Made by a program: the position numbers and the translations under genes. 59,259 nt of DNA from Thermoplasmata archaeon (GTDB lineage: Archaea; Thermoplasmatota; Thermoplasmata; UBA10834). Within the stretch, counting starts at the first letter, position 1; every line of letters starts with the position of its first letter. Positions 42,742 through 52,768 of the stretch are shown here, one piece after another. The stretch covers positions 1 through 59,259 of the forward strand of contig JALOTQ010000002.1 in the NCBI GenBank assembly GCA_025457815.1, read 5' to 3'. The notes under the pieces are model-generated. The model was not told the DNA's origin. It saw nothing but the letters and a program-made list of their open reading frames with translations, and ran no database searches.

Positions 42742-43917
42742 ATGAAAGAAGCAGTGATTGTCAGTGCCACGAGGACTCCAGTGGGCAAGTTCGGCGGCGC
42801 GCTCAAGGACATGAGCGCCTCGAAGATAGGCGCCGTAGCGATCAGAGAGGCAGTTCGAAGGGCCAGGATCGACCCAAAGGAGGTCGAGGAATGCATCATG
42901 GGCAACGTGATCTCCGCAGGCCTGGGCCAGAACCCTGCGAGGCAGGCGGCGCTCTGGGGAGGGCTTACGGACCAGGTGTCTGCGCTGACCATCAACAAGG
43001 TCTGCGGCTCCAGCCTGAAGGCCGCGATGCTCGCAGCGGACTCTATCCTCGCGGGCAGGCAGAAGGTCATCGTCGCTGGTGGCATGGAGAGCATGACCAA
43101 CGCCCCGTATCTTCTCGAGAAGGCCCGCTTCGGCTACAAGCTGTTCGATTCGACCCTTGTGGATTCGATGGTCAGGGACGGTCTTTGGGAGGCCTTCAAC
43201 AACTATCACATGGGCAACACGGGCGAGATAGTCGCGCAGAGGCACGGCATTTCCAGGGTGGATGCAGACAAGTTCGCCCTCTGGAGCCATCAGAAGGCCG
43301 CGAAGGCGATCAAGAGCGGCGCCTTCAAAGAGGAGATTGTCCACGTTGAGATACCTTCGAAGAAGGAGGTCTCGTTGTTCTCTGTCGACGAAGGGCCCAG
43401 AGAGGACAGCTCTCTCGAGGCTTTGGCGAAGCTGAAACCCGTCTTCAAGTCGGACGGAGTCCTGACGGCAGGCAACTCCTCGAGCATCAACGACGGGGCC
43501 TCGGCTCTGGTCGTGATGGACTCTGAGTTCGCCAGGGAGAAAGGCCTTCACCCGCTCGTGAAGATCGTTGACTACGTCACCGCGGGCGTGAAGCCAGAGT
43601 TGATCATGGAGGCCCCGATCGACGCCACGAAGAAGCTGCTGGATCGGAACAAGCTGCAGATCTCCGACATCGACCTCTTCGAGCACAACGAGGCGTTCTC
43701 CACGGCATCGATTGCGGTCATGAAATCCCTCGGCGTGCCCGAGGACAGGTTCAATGTCAACGGCGGGGCCGTGGCCCTCGGTCACCCGATCGGCTGCAGC
43801 GGCGCTCGAGTTATGACGACGCTCATCTACGCCATGCGTAGCAGGAACGCGAAGAGGGGCATCGCGACGCTGTGCCTCGGCGGAGGGAACGCCGTGGCGA
43901 TGTTGGTCGAACAGTAG
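42742..43917 (+). CDS. Acetyl-CoA C-acetyltransferase (thiolase II, bacterial type)
   Basis: 'AVIVSATRTPVGKFGG', active-site 'NKVCGSSLKA', 'GNSSSINDGA', 'NEAFS', 'GHPIGCSGAR', 'LCLGGGNAVA'. Confidence 0.93.
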   Translation: MKEAVIVSATRTPVGKFGGALKDMSASKIGAVAIREAVRRARIDPKEVEECIMGNVISAGLGQNPARQAALWGGLTDQVSALTINKVCGSSLKAAMLAADSILAGRQKVIVAGGMESMTNAPYLLEKARFGYKLFDSTLVDSMVRDGLWEAFNNYHMGNTGEIVAQRHGISRVDADKFALWSHQKAAKAIKSGAFKEEIVHVEIPSKKEVSLFSVDEGPREDSSLEALAKLKPVFKSDGVLTAGNSSSINDGASALVVMDSEFAREKGLHPLVKIVDYVTAGVKPELIMEAPIDATKKLLDRNKLQISDIDLFEHNEAFSTASIAVMKSLGVPEDRFNVNGGAVALGHPIGCSGARVMTTLIYAMRSRNAKRGIATLCLGGGNAVAMLVEQ

Positions 43918-43992
43918 CACTCCATTGGCGGTACGATAAGCAGATATCTCAGGAGCGATTACCCGGCGATATCCCACCGGCGGATTGATTGC

Positions 43993-45231
43993 ATGGATGC
44001 TGCTGGACTGAAGCAAGCCGTCTTGAAGGACAGAGAACGGATGGTCGAGAGCCTTTGCTCGATGGTACGGATCAAGGCCATCGGGCCCGAGAGCCACGGA
44101 GAGGGGGAGGCGGAGCGCGGCAAGTACCTGGCCGCCCTTTCCAAGCAACTGGGGTTCAAGTCCGTCGAGGTCCTCGAATCGGCCGATCCGCGGGTGCCTG
44201 CAGGCAAGCGCCCCAACATCGTGATACGGGTGAAGGGGACCTCGAACCGAAACCTATGGGTCGTCACGCACATGGATACGGTCCCCGAGGGCGATGTCGG
44301 AGCTTGGAAACACCCTCCGTTCGAGCCGAAGGTCACGAAAGACAAGATATCTGGCCGCGGGGTGGAGGACAATGGTCAGGAACTCATCGCATCCCTTTTC
44401 GGTCTCAGCGCTCTCCTCGAGACAGGAGTCACGCCGGAGTGCAACATCGGGCTGGTGTTCGTTTCGGATGAGGAGCACGGCAACACGCACGGGATAGATT
44501 TCCTCATCGACAAGGGGATCTTCAAGAGGGGCGACATGGCAGTCGTGCCAGACCACGGGCTTCCGGGCGGGACAGGTATCGCTGTCGTGGAGAAGAGCAT
44601 CGCATGGATCGAGGTTGAGGTCGTTGGCCGACAGACCCACGCGAGCACACCAGACAAGGGCGTGAACGCCTTCGAGGCCGCTGCGAGGTTCGCAGTGGCA
44701 GGGGTCGAGAGCCTGAGGAAGAAATTCCCAGAAGTAGATCCTCTGTTCGACAACCCCCGGAGCACATTCGAACCGACCAAGTGCGATTCCAACGGCCCCA
44801 ACGTCAACACCGTTCCGGGCAGGCAGACCTTCTCGTTCGATTTCCGCGTGCTGCCGAACTACAAGCTCGACGATATCATGGCGGAGCTGAGGAAGGCCGC
44901 GGACTCCGTCGAGAAGTCAACGGGCGCCAAGGTCAACATCTCTTGGCTTCAGCGTGCAGACGCTGCGCCCGGAACAGACCCCAAGTCAGAGATAGTCCTG
45001 AGGCTAGTAAGCGCGGTCGAGATCGTTAGGGGGACTAAGCCTCATCCTTTCGGCATCGGAGGCGGGACCTGTGCCGCACCCTTCAGGAGGCTAGGCATAG
45101 AATCGGCCGTCTGGTCCTCGAGCACCGAGACGGCGCACGATGCGAACGAGTACATACTGATCGATGACATGGTATCAGACGCGCAGGTCTATGCGCTTCT
45201 GTTCGCCGGAAAGAACATCGGGAAGTCCTAG
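43993..45231 (+). CDS. M20-family metallohydrolase (ArgE/DapE/ACY1-like)
   Basis: 'WVVTHMDTVPEGD', 'GRGVEDNGQ', 'FVSDEEHG', dimerisation-domain region, and a C-terminal 'HDANEYI' metal ligand. Confidence 0.85.
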   Translation: MDAAGLKQAVLKDRERMVESLCSMVRIKAIGPESHGEGEAERGKYLAALSKQLGFKSVEVLESADPRVPAGKRPNIVIRVKGTSNRNLWVVTHMDTVPEGDVGAWKHPPFEPKVTKDKISGRGVEDNGQELIASLFGLSALLETGVTPECNIGLVFVSDEEHGNTHGIDFLIDKGIFKRGDMAVVPDHGLPGGTGIAVVEKSIAWIEVEVVGRQTHASTPDKGVNAFEAAARFAVAGVESLRKKFPEVDPLFDNPRSTFEPTKCDSNGPNVNTVPGRQTFSFDFRVLPNYKLDDIMAELRKAADSVEKSTGAKVNISWLQRADAAPGTDPKSEIVLRLVSAVEIVRGTKPHPFGIGGGTCAAPFRRLGIESAVWSSSTETAHDANEYILIDDMVSDAQVYALLFAGKNIGKS

Positions 45232-46193
45232 AGCTCCGGCGAGCTCTTCGCTTTCGGATCTCCGAAGATCCTCGCGACCATCCAGTCCGCGTCGAACCTT
45301 CCGAATTCGGCGTACTCCTGGCCGTGGCTGATGTAGACTATGGGCTTGCCGATGGTCTTAGCTATCGAAAGGGCCGCTCCGCCTTTCGCGTCGGCATCGA
45401 TCTTAGTCAGTATAACCCCGTCAATCCCAACAGCGTCGTTGAACCTCCGCGCCTGCTCGACAGCGTCCGAGCCCGCAAGAGCGTCCCCGACGAAGAACAC
45501 GATGTCAGGCTTCGCCACGCGCTTGATCTTCTTCATCTCGTCCATGAGATTCGTGTTGGTCTGCATGCGTCCCGCCGTGTCTATCAGGACTACATCCTTC
45601 TTCCTCGCCTTCGCATGCTCGACCGCGTCGAAGGCCACAGCGGCGGGGTCGCTCCCTTCCTGATGCTTGATTATCTTGCACCCGAGCTTCTCGCTGTGCA
45701 GGGTGAGCTGTTCTATCGCACCCGCTCTGAAGGTGTCTCCAGCCGCTAGCACGCAGCTCAGCCCGTGCTTCTGCATCCTGTAAGCGAGCTTCGCGATGGC
45801 GGTTGTCTTGCCGCCGCCATTGATCCCGACGAACATTATCACCAACGGCCCAGACTTCGCTTTCATCTTGTCCGTCATGGACAGGGTCTTCTCGGAGAGG
45901 ACGTCCTTCACCGCAACCTTCAGCGCCAGCTTCACAGCCTCCTCCAGGTCGAAATCCTTGTCGATCCTCTTCCCAGACAGCGCGTCCTTGACCTTCTTCG
46001 TCAGCTCCTCCGCGACCGTCATGGCAACATCCGCTTCGAGGAGGCTGAGCTCCAGCTCGTGCAGTATGTCGTCGAGCACGCTGTCCTTCAGCCGTCTGCC
46101 CGACTCGTCAACCACTTCCGTGATGTCCTCTATCGGCTTGCTTTTGACCTCAGAGGATACCGAAAAGAGCTTCTCCCTGAGTCCGCGGAACAT
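45228..46193 (-). CDS. ftsY: Signal recognition particle receptor FtsY
   Basis: N domain plus SRP GTPase G domain: 'VIMFVGINGGGKTTAIAKLA', 'DTFRAGAIEQL', 'LIDTAGRM', 'LTKIDADAKGGAALS'. Confidence 0.93.
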   Translation of the reverse strand: MFRGLREKLFSVSSEVKSKPIEDITEVVDESGRRLKDSVLDDILHELELSLLEADVAMTVAEELTKKVKDALSGKRIDKDFDLEEAVKLALKVAVKDVLSEKTLSMTDKMKAKSGPLVIMFVGINGGGKTTAIAKLAYRMQKHGLSCVLAAGDTFRAGAIEQLTLHSEKLGCKIIKHQEGSDPAAVAFDAVEHAKARKKDVVLIDTAGRMQTNTNLMDEMKKIKRVAKPDIVFFVGDALAGSDAVEQARRFNDAVGIDGVILTKIDADAKGGAALSIAKTIGKPIVYISHGQEYAEFGRFDADWMVARIFGDPKAKSSPEL

Positions 46194-46202
46194 CTCATGC
46201 CC

Positions 46203-46649
46203 TCAGATCTGACCTCTACCCTGAAGCTGGTCGTACTGGCTCTGGACCTTCTCAGAGAGCTCCTGGATGAGACCTTCCGTCTCAGCCGCCTTCTCCGAGA
46301 TCGACTTGAATGCTCTCGAGAGGTCGTCTATGCGCGCGTCTAGAACCTTCTCGGTCTCCTCTGGGGACTTCCGAAGTGAGACACCTGAGCCTATCCCAAC
46401 GACGGCGTCCTTGTTGTCCGAGACCTTCGCGTGTATGTAGGAATCAGCACCAAGCGGGACAAGTATCTCCTCTCCCGGGGCGCTCTTCATGATCTGCCGC
46501 ACGGTTTCTCTGGCTCTGACGTGCTCGTCCACTGCCAGCTGTATGAGCTCCTGCTGCTTCATCAGCCCCTCAAGCTGGGCCTTGGCGGTCTCGAGCAACA
46601 TCACGTTGTCTCTTAGAACCTGTTCCGAGGGGGCTCCCTCGGGGCTCAT
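46203..46649 (-). CDS. pfdA: Prefoldin alpha subunit
   Basis: ATG 46649 (ATGA overlap with the rplX stop). Coiled coil, beta hairpins 'ILVPLGADSYIHAKVSDNKDAVVGIGSGVSL', then a second coiled coil. Confidence 0.85.
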   Translation of the reverse strand: MSPEGAPSEQVLRDNVMLLETAKAQLEGLMKQQELIQLAVDEHVRARETVRQIMKSAPGEEILVPLGADSYIHAKVSDNKDAVVGIGSGVSLRKSPEETEKVLDARIDDLSRAFKSISEKAAETEGLIQELSEKVQSQYDQLQGRGQI

Positions 46650-46891
46650 TTCTTCGCCTCCAGCAGATGCCGGACCGCGTGGTCCGTCACCTCCTCGGCC
46701 TTCAGGGCCTTCACGTTTCCGATCTTGACCGATTTCCGCTTCACGCCGTGTCTGCTGCCCATGAGAGCCATCGTCTTCTCCCGCGCGCCGTTCTCGTCGG
46801 CCGCTGCGACCTCGATCGCGAACGGCTGCCACTTGCGGTAAGACATCATGAACTGACCGCTAACCTCGAACGCCTTCATCTTGACCAGCAC
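46646..46891 (-). CDS. rplX: Ribosomal protein LX (eL20 / L18Ae family)
   Basis: 'MKAFEVSGQFMMSYRKWQPFAIEV...AREKTMALMGSRHGVKRKSVKI'. The start is GTG 46891 or ATG 46879. The rplX-pfdA-ftsY gene order is typical of archaea. Confidence 0.8.
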   Translation of the reverse strand: MLVKMKAFEVSGQFMMSYRKWQPFAIEVAAADENGAREKTMALMGSRHGVKRKSVKIGNVKALKAEEVTDHAVRHLLEAKK

Positions 46892-46973
46892 CGCCCTAGA
46901 GAGGGGCCTTCAGATAAAGCTTTTGTCCGCTCTCGTTTGAGGGGCAGCGCGCAGTCCACAAGGTTGATAATCA

Positions 46974-47837
46974 ATGTTTACGATGGAATCGTCCGTGGAG
47001 AAGGCCATCGACTGCTACTATCCTGGCAAGGGCTTCCCGGCAATCTCGGTCACCGGTAAGGACTGCGCATTGGACTGCAAGCACTGCGCGCGCAGGTACC
47101 TTGAGGGAATGGTTCCGGCAACGAGCGCGGAGGAGCTTCTAGAGGTCGCGCGATCCCTCTCGGCCCGCGGCGCGAAGGGTTTCCTGCTCAGCGGAGGAGT
47201 CGATGAAACAGGGAAGGTGCCTATCGCCGATTTCCTTCCTGCGATAAAGGAGATCAAAGCCACGACACGGCTTAGGATCAACGCTCACATCGGCCTCTCT
47301 CCTACAGCGGAGATAGCGGACTTGGTGCAAGCTGGCATTGACGCATTCTCCGTGGACATCTACGGTGCCGACTCAACCATCAGAGAAGTGCTCGGCCTCG
47401 AGGCCTCCGTGGACGACTATTTCAGGGTACTACGCGACCTGACCGAGCGGAAGGCATACGTCGTGCCTCACATCTGCGTCGGCATCCATGCCGGCAAGGT
47501 CGACGGAGAGCTCTCGGCGCTCGAGAGTCTAGTCGAGTTCGAGCCCCGAGCGCTGGTGTTGATATCCTTGATACCGACGAGAGGCACGGCCTATCAGGAC
47601 GTCGAGCCTCCGAGCAGGGACGACTTGCTGATGGTGGTGAAGACGGCCAGACGGCTGATGCCGACAACGAGGATTCTTCTGGGCTGCATGAGATCGAGGT
47701 CCGATAGGGCCGTAGAGTATGAGGCCGTCATGGCGGGGGTCGACGGCATCGTGCTGCCGTCGTTGGAGACTGTCAAGAGGTTGGAAGAGGACGGTTTCTC
47801 TATCAGAATCAAGGATGAATGCTGCGCCTTTCCCTAG
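46974..47837 (+). CDS. Radical SAM protein (biotin-synthase-related small family)
   Basis: CX3CX2C 'CALDCKHCARRY', 'GFLLSGGVDETG', and a partial TIM-barrel pattern. Substrate unknown. Confidence 0.75.
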   Translation: MFTMESSVEKAIDCYYPGKGFPAISVTGKDCALDCKHCARRYLEGMVPATSAEELLEVARSLSARGAKGFLLSGGVDETGKVPIADFLPAIKEIKATTRLRINAHIGLSPTAEIADLVQAGIDAFSVDIYGADSTIREVLGLEASVDDYFRVLRDLTERKAYVVPHICVGIHAGKVDGELSALESLVEFEPRALVLISLIPTRGTAYQDVEPPSRDDLLMVVKTARRLMPTTRILLGCMRSRSDRAVEYEAVMAGVDGIVLPSLETVKRLEEDGFSIRIKDECCAFP

Positions 47838-47839
47838 CT

Positions 47840-48685
47840 CTACTTGTATATTGAGCCGACAGAGTACTTGCGTTCCACTGGGATCAGATAGGCGATCCAT
47901 GCGATGTTGGCCACCAGGAACGCCAGCGTGAGGATCCACATGATGCCCGTGAAGGTCCCAGAGACCTCGGTGATCACAACCGCGGTGGCGCCTGTGCCGG
48001 GGTTGAATGCGTCGTTCAGCACGAGGTAGTATCTGCCGAAGTTCGCGTGCGGCACGCTTATCGTCAGGGAGTCCGAGCCGTTCACCGTGAAGTCCTCCCT
48101 GTTGAGCCTGTTGGCGTACATCGTGCTCATGAAGGTCGAAGTCCCCCAGTTCGTTTCGAAAGTCTCCGTGGACACCAGGTAGACATGGACCTCATGCAGG
48201 GACGACATCGAAACGGCCACGGAATCGAAGATCGCAAAGGTGTCGGAAGTGTAGAAATAAGGGGGCTCGGCGTTCGGCACGAGGTCGAACGTGGTTTGGG
48301 CGGATTCCTCCATGGAACCTATGATGCTCGGGACGGCGAGAACGAGGAACGCGATGCCAGCGAAGATCGACACGAGGATCGAGCGCTTGATGGAGTTCTT
48401 CGCGATCAAGTGCCTCGCGCTCGAACTCCGGGCGAATTTGACCTCGAGCATCCTGAAGAAGAAGCTCTCGACCGATATCATGAGCAGGAGGAGAACGAGT
48501 ATGGCGAGGAAGCCGTCCAGTGGCAGGAACAGATACGGCTGGAGCTGCGCCTCCCCGACGACGAATATCACGAAAGCGCCAAGCGCGACCAGAATGACGG
48601 CCTCAACGGTGAAGATCCCGCGCTTGATCTTCCTGATCCTGCTGAGCCTTATGGAATCTTCGAGAACCTTGCCAGACGCAGGCAT
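47840..48685 (-). CDS. Hypothetical membrane protein (N-terminal TM bundle, extracytoplasmic domain, C-terminal TM)
   Basis: 281-aa ORF with good codon usage. No recognisable family. Confidence 0.55.
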   Translation of the reverse strand: MPASGKVLEDSIRLSRIRKIKRGIFTVEAVILVALGAFVIFVVGEAQLQPYLFLPLDGFLAILVLLLLMISVESFFFRMLEVKFARSSSARHLIAKNSIKRSILVSIFAGIAFLVLAVPSIIGSMEESAQTTFDLVPNAEPPYFYTSDTFAIFDSVAVSMSSLHEVHVYLVSTETFETNWGTSTFMSTMYANRLNREDFTVNGSDSLTISVPHANFGRYYLVLNDAFNPGTGATAVVITEVSGTFTGIMWILTLAFLVANIAWIAYLIPVERKYSVGSIYK

Positions 48686-48724
48686 CGTTGTTTACATGAG
48701 TAGGTCGTGATAAATAGTTTACCA

Positions 48725-49948
48725 TCAGGCCTTGATTGTGGCCAGTCGTCTGCAAATGAGGTGCAGGGCCACGTATTCCGGCACCGAATTCTTGCCCGCT
48801 TCGAGCGAGAAGTTCTGGTCACGGAGACGCAGGTCCACAGGGTTCTTGCAGTCGACGCTGACACTCGCGTCGCCGACGGAGCTCGAGACGGCATCCCTGA
48901 AGGGGTCGAAATCATCGAGTTCGTCCCTGGTCAGCGGGACGACCACAAAACCGGTCTTGGCATGGAGGGTGCTGGGCAGCCTAATGAGTCTCTTGATGTC
49001 GGAAGTCACAGGTTCGTCTGTCTCCCCTGCGATCTGAATCGCCATTCCTTGCTTGACGAAGATCAGGAAAGCCTTCAGGAATCTGTCGCTCGAGAAGACC
49101 TCGAAGTTGTTCTCCTTCCTCATCTTGTCGATGCCTCGGGGCTCCCCCTCGAAGAGTTCTTTGTAGAGCCCGTCGAGGATCTTCTCAGGTATTCTCCCGC
49201 CTCCCTCCTCCAGGATCTTGGCAAGCTTCCTCTTTCGTTCCTCAGGGGCCATCTGCTCCAGCTCGTCGAACAGGCGGTCGATGCCCTTCCGTGTCCTTGC
49301 GAGCCAACCTCCGTCAGAAACCTTGACCATTCTCCTGATTCTTATGGGATGTATCCGGTCTCCGTATCTCTTCTCCTCGACCACCCTCTCTGGGAACACC
49401 CAGTCGATATCTAGATCGGTTCCGGTGATGTAGTCGACGATTTCCCGCCTCTCGTGACTCGACAGCCTCCTCACGCTCGGGTGATTGATGTGGAGATGAT
49501 ACCCTCGCCCGCCAGAGAAGACGATCTTCACCTGGTCGCTGTCGAACCCGAAATCCCCCAGGACGAATTCGTCAAGGAGCTTCTCGACCTCTTCTTTCAC
49601 TCTGTCGAGCATCTTGTCGTACGGCAGGTTCTCTGCCCCTCTCACGTGATCCGCATCGAGATCGAAAATCAGGTCCGCGCCCATCCACTTCTTCTCGGCC
49701 ATTGTGGGCGCATCGGGCTTCTCATAGTACGCGGATGAGTAGTAGACATGCGCCGGCACTCTCTCCACAAGGAACCGCTTCAGGTCCGCCCTCGTCGAGA
49801 AGCCCGTGTGCCGTATCATGCCCGGCCGGTCGAAGAGCATGAACCCGAACTCCCTCTTGGAGAACCTCTCGGGCATCTCCAGGGCGACCTCCTTGTAGTG
49901 CCTGGCGAACATGCCGCTGATGAACTTCGCGCTCTCGTCAGAGGCCAT
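48725..49948 (-). CDS. priS: DNA primase small (catalytic) subunit PriS
   Basis: 'FSKREFGFMLF', catalytic 'DLIFDLDADH', 'KIVFSGGRGYHLHI', 'IDYITGTDLDI'. TTAATATA lies about 30 nt upstream of the ATG (minus strand, 49974-49981). Confidence 0.9.
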   Translation of the reverse strand: MASDESAKFISGMFARHYKEVALEMPERFSKREFGFMLFDRPGMIRHTGFSTRADLKRFLVERVPAHVYYSSAYYEKPDAPTMAEKKWMGADLIFDLDADHVRGAENLPYDKMLDRVKEEVEKLLDEFVLGDFGFDSDQVKIVFSGGRGYHLHINHPSVRRLSSHERREIVDYITGTDLDIDWVFPERVVEEKRYGDRIHPIRIRRMVKVSDGGWLARTRKGIDRLFDELEQMAPEERKRKLAKILEEGGGRIPEKILDGLYKELFEGEPRGIDKMRKENNFEVFSSDRFLKAFLIFVKQGMAIQIAGETDEPVTSDIKRLIRLPSTLHAKTGFVVVPLTRDELDDFDPFRDAVSSSVGDASVSVDCKNPVDLRLRDQNFSLEAGKNSVPEYVALHLICRRLATIKA

Positions 49949-50079
49949 CCGTGCGAGTCATCCCACTGACCCGTATATTAACCTGACATCTGCCTGACCG
50001 CTGCTTGTAGAGAGCCGGCCAGAAAACATAAAAACCCCAGAGTTCCATCATATTGACAATTGGAGTTCGAGCTGGAATC

Positions 50080-50955
50080 ATGATCAAGACCTACATTCGC
50101 GTGCAAATCAGCAGCGAAGGCGAGTCCCCGAAACAGATCATCGAGAGGATGAGGAAGATCGGCGCGGTCCCGATCGTTGGGGATTACGACTTCGAGCTCA
50201 AGCTTGAGGACGACAAGAGGCTCTTCGACAAGCTGGAAGAGATCCATCACTCGCTCCGGGGCGCGAATGTGAGGTACACTCTCACAACCCGCACGGACAT
50301 CGACGTCGACACGCTCGCCAAGAACAGGCACGAGGTCACCCACTACGTCGACCAGAAACCGATCGAGCTGAAGAAGGCCTTGTACAAGGCGAAGCTGGAC
50401 CGGTGGAAGGAGATGGGCCTCGACGTGTCCGAGCTCGAGCCCTTGCTCGAGACCGACCTCGACCACTTCAAGACGGCGAGCAAGGAGTTCCTGAGGACTC
50501 ACCTGGACCAGATGTCTGTCGTGAAGGACCGTAGGCCGGAGAGCGAGGTCGACGGCCAGGTGCTCGCGCTCATCGACGAGGTTGGGAAATCCCTGACTGA
50601 GCTAGCATCGGCGACGGGTTTCACGGAGGATCAGGTTACACTGTCGGTCGGCCGGCTCATATCGTCGGGCAGCGCGAGAAGGGTCCAGAAGGGCCCCGAG
50701 GAACTGTTCTGCCTCGTCCCACCGCCAGCGCCGATAGTGAGGAAGGCGCTGGAACTCGCCCCAGCTGGCAGCGACGAGGAGGCTCAGAAGAGGCTTCTTG
50801 ATTCAATACGCCCGGAAGGCATCTCGACCAAGGATCTGATAAGGGCTGCCAAGCTTCCTCGGGAGCAGTTCGCGAAGGCCATCGGTCAGCTGAAGGAGAA
50901 GGGCTCCATCCGCGTCGTGATCAAGGCCAAGAAGGAGTTCTACTTCAAGGTCTGA
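50080..50955 (+). CDS. Hypothetical protein: N-terminal RAM/ACT-like module, coiled region, two C-terminal winged-helix-like modules
   Basis: ATG 50080. 'IKTYIRVQISSEGESPKQIIERMRKIGAVPIVGDYDFELKL' resembles an Lrp/AsnC ligand (RAM) domain. 'VLALIDEVGKSLTELASATGFTEDQVTLSVGRLISSGSARRV' and 'LLDSIRPEGISTKDLIRAAKLPREQFAKAIGQLKEKGSIRVV' look like wHTH modules. Confidence 0.5.
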   Translation: MIKTYIRVQISSEGESPKQIIERMRKIGAVPIVGDYDFELKLEDDKRLFDKLEEIHHSLRGANVRYTLTTRTDIDVDTLAKNRHEVTHYVDQKPIELKKALYKAKLDRWKEMGLDVSELEPLLETDLDHFKTASKEFLRTHLDQMSVVKDRRPESEVDGQVLALIDEVGKSLTELASATGFTEDQVTLSVGRLISSGSARRVQKGPEELFCLVPPPAPIVRKALELAPAGSDEEAQKRLLDSIRPEGISTKDLIRAAKLPREQFAKAIGQLKEKGSIRVVIKAKKEFYFKV

Positions 50956-51041
50956 GCGCCGCAACGCGGGCACGCCTGGCCCGCGCGACAAAGGTTTATT
51001 AGAGAACCGCCCGATTGAGCGGCCGCTCCGGAACGGGTTCG

Positions 51042-51911
51042 ATGAAAGCACTCTCGATGCGCGATGTCAGGTTCATGTACGAGGGCTCCGACAGATGGGC
51101 TCTTGACGGAATCTCGGTTGAGATCGAGAAGGGCGAATTCGTCTCCGTCCTGGGTTCCAACTTGTCGGGCAAGTCCACGCTTTGCATGCTTACGAACGGC
51201 CTTGCCCCGCACACCCTCAAGGGCAAGATGGAGGGGAGGGTCGAAGTTTTCGGCAAGGATACGTCCGGCCTCTCTGTCGCCGAACTCGCCACCAGTGTCG
51301 GCATGGTCTTCCAGGAGCCGGACAGCCAGCTATTCTGCATGAGCGTCGAGGAGGAGGTCGCCTTCGGTCCCGAGAACCTGGCGGTCCCCCGCGACGAGAT
51401 CAGGGCACGGGTCGACTGGGCGCTCGGCCTCGTCGGCATGCGAGGATACAACGACAGATCACCTTTCAGCCTCTCAGGAGGCCAGAAGCAGCGCGTTGCC
51501 ATCGCAGCGGCGCTTTCCATGCGCCCGGAGATGCTCGTCCTGGATGAGCCGGCATATGCGTTGGACCCATTGGGAAGGCTGGAACTGTACTCGGTCCTAA
51601 GGGAGCTCAGGCAGGACTACGGCATGACCATCGTGATTGCCGAGCGCGATTCGGAAGAGGCGATCGCGTTCTCGGACAGGATAGTGCTGATGAAAGGAGG
51701 ACGGATCGTCGATTCCGGGACTCCCAAGGATTTCGCGCGCGAGCCAAATAGGCTCAGGACGGTCGGGGTGGTCCCGACCCAGCTCTCCGAGATATCGGAG
51801 ATGCTAAATGCGCGGATCAAAGGGGGGAATTTCCAGTTCCTCAGGGTCGAGGAGGCGTCGAAGGCAATAATCGAGAACTGCCTCGCCTCCCGGGCGGGTG
51901 GGGCTCGATGA
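51042..51911 (+). CDS. ecfA1: ECF transporter ATPase component (EcfA1/CbiO-like)
   Basis: Walker A 'GSNLSGKST', Q-loop 'GMVFQEP', signature 'LSGGQKQR', Walker B 'LVLDEP'. Confidence 0.88.
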   Translation: MKALSMRDVRFMYEGSDRWALDGISVEIEKGEFVSVLGSNLSGKSTLCMLTNGLAPHTLKGKMEGRVEVFGKDTSGLSVAELATSVGMVFQEPDSQLFCMSVEEEVAFGPENLAVPRDEIRARVDWALGLVGMRGYNDRSPFSLSGGQKQRVAIAAALSMRPEMLVLDEPAYALDPLGRLELYSVLRELRQDYGMTIVIAERDSEEAIAFSDRIVLMKGGRIVDSGTPKDFAREPNRLRTVGVVPTQLSEISEMLNARIKGGNFQFLRVEEASKAIIENCLASRAGGAR

Positions 51912-52768
51912 TCCCGAGAACCCACTCAATCCCATCGGAGGAGAGGGTCATATCAGTAAGGAACCTCAAGTTCGTCTACGACGGGGGCGTCGAGGCCCTC
52001 AAGGGAATCAACCTCGACATCAAGAAAGGCGAGTTCCTGGCCATCGTCGGCGGCAACGGCTCTGGCAAGACGACGCTTGCCAAGAATTTCAATGGACTTC
52101 TCAGGCCGTCCCATGGGACGGTCACCGTGATGAACAGGCCCGCCGCGTCGCAGACGGTTGCGGAGCTGTCCAGAGTGATTGGCTACGCCTTCCAGAACCC
52201 GGACCATCAGCTTTTCTGTTCCTCCGTTGAGGAGGAGGTCCGGTTCGGCCCCGCGAACCTCGGATACTCAGACGAGGAGGTGAAGCGGAAGGTGGAACAC
52301 GCGATCGAGACGATGGACCTCCAGAGCCTGCGCGGCCTTCCGCCGTTCTCCCTGAGGCTTGGGGAGAGGAGGAGAGTGTCCATCGCATCCGTCATCGCCA
52401 TGGACCCGCAGATCATCGTGCTGGACGAGCCAACGACAGGTCTCGATGCGGGAGAGACGAAGGTCCTGATGGAGAAGATCTCCCACCTCAACCGGGAGGG
52501 GAGGACCATCGTACTGATCACCCATGACATGCGCCTGGTCGCCGAGAGTTCCTCTCGAGTCGTAGTCATGTCGGATGGCCGCATCGTTCTCGATTCGGAC
52601 CCCAGGGGGGCCTTCGCCGACATCGACCTGTTGCGCAACTGCAGCCTCGTGCCTCCGCCGGTCATGCTCCTCGCGCACAGTCTTGCGAAGTACGGCATTC
52701 CGAAGGACATCATGTCCCCTCAGGAGCTGGTCCTCCGCATCGTGCTCGAGAAGGGGGGCGCGAGATGA
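51908..52768 (+). CDS. ecfA2: ECF transporter ATPase component (EcfA2)
   Basis: Overlaps the ecfA1 stop. 'GGNGSGKTT', 'GYAFQNP', degenerate signature 'LRLGERRR', 'IVLDEPTTGLD'. Confidence 0.88.
   Translation: MIPRTHSIPSEERVISVRNLKFVYDGGVEALKGINLDIKKGEFLAIVGGNGSGKTTLAKNFNGLLRPSHGTVTVMNRPAASQTVAELSRVIGYAFQNPDHQLFCSSVEEEVRFGPANLGYSDEEVKRKVEHAIETMDLQSLRGLPPFSLRLGERRRVSIASVIAMDPQIIVLDEPTTGLDAGETKVLMEKISHLNREGRTIVLITHDMRLVAESSSRVVVMSDGRIVLDSDPRGAFADIDLLRNCSLVPPPVMLLAHSLAKYGIPKDIMSPQELVLRIVLEKGGAR

Noticed and set aside
45228-45231. Convergent M20 peptidase and ftsY genes share their stop codons within the palindrome CTAG.
   Set aside because: This is real but trivial, a 4-nt convergent overlap in a compact genome. 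No functional implication can be supported.
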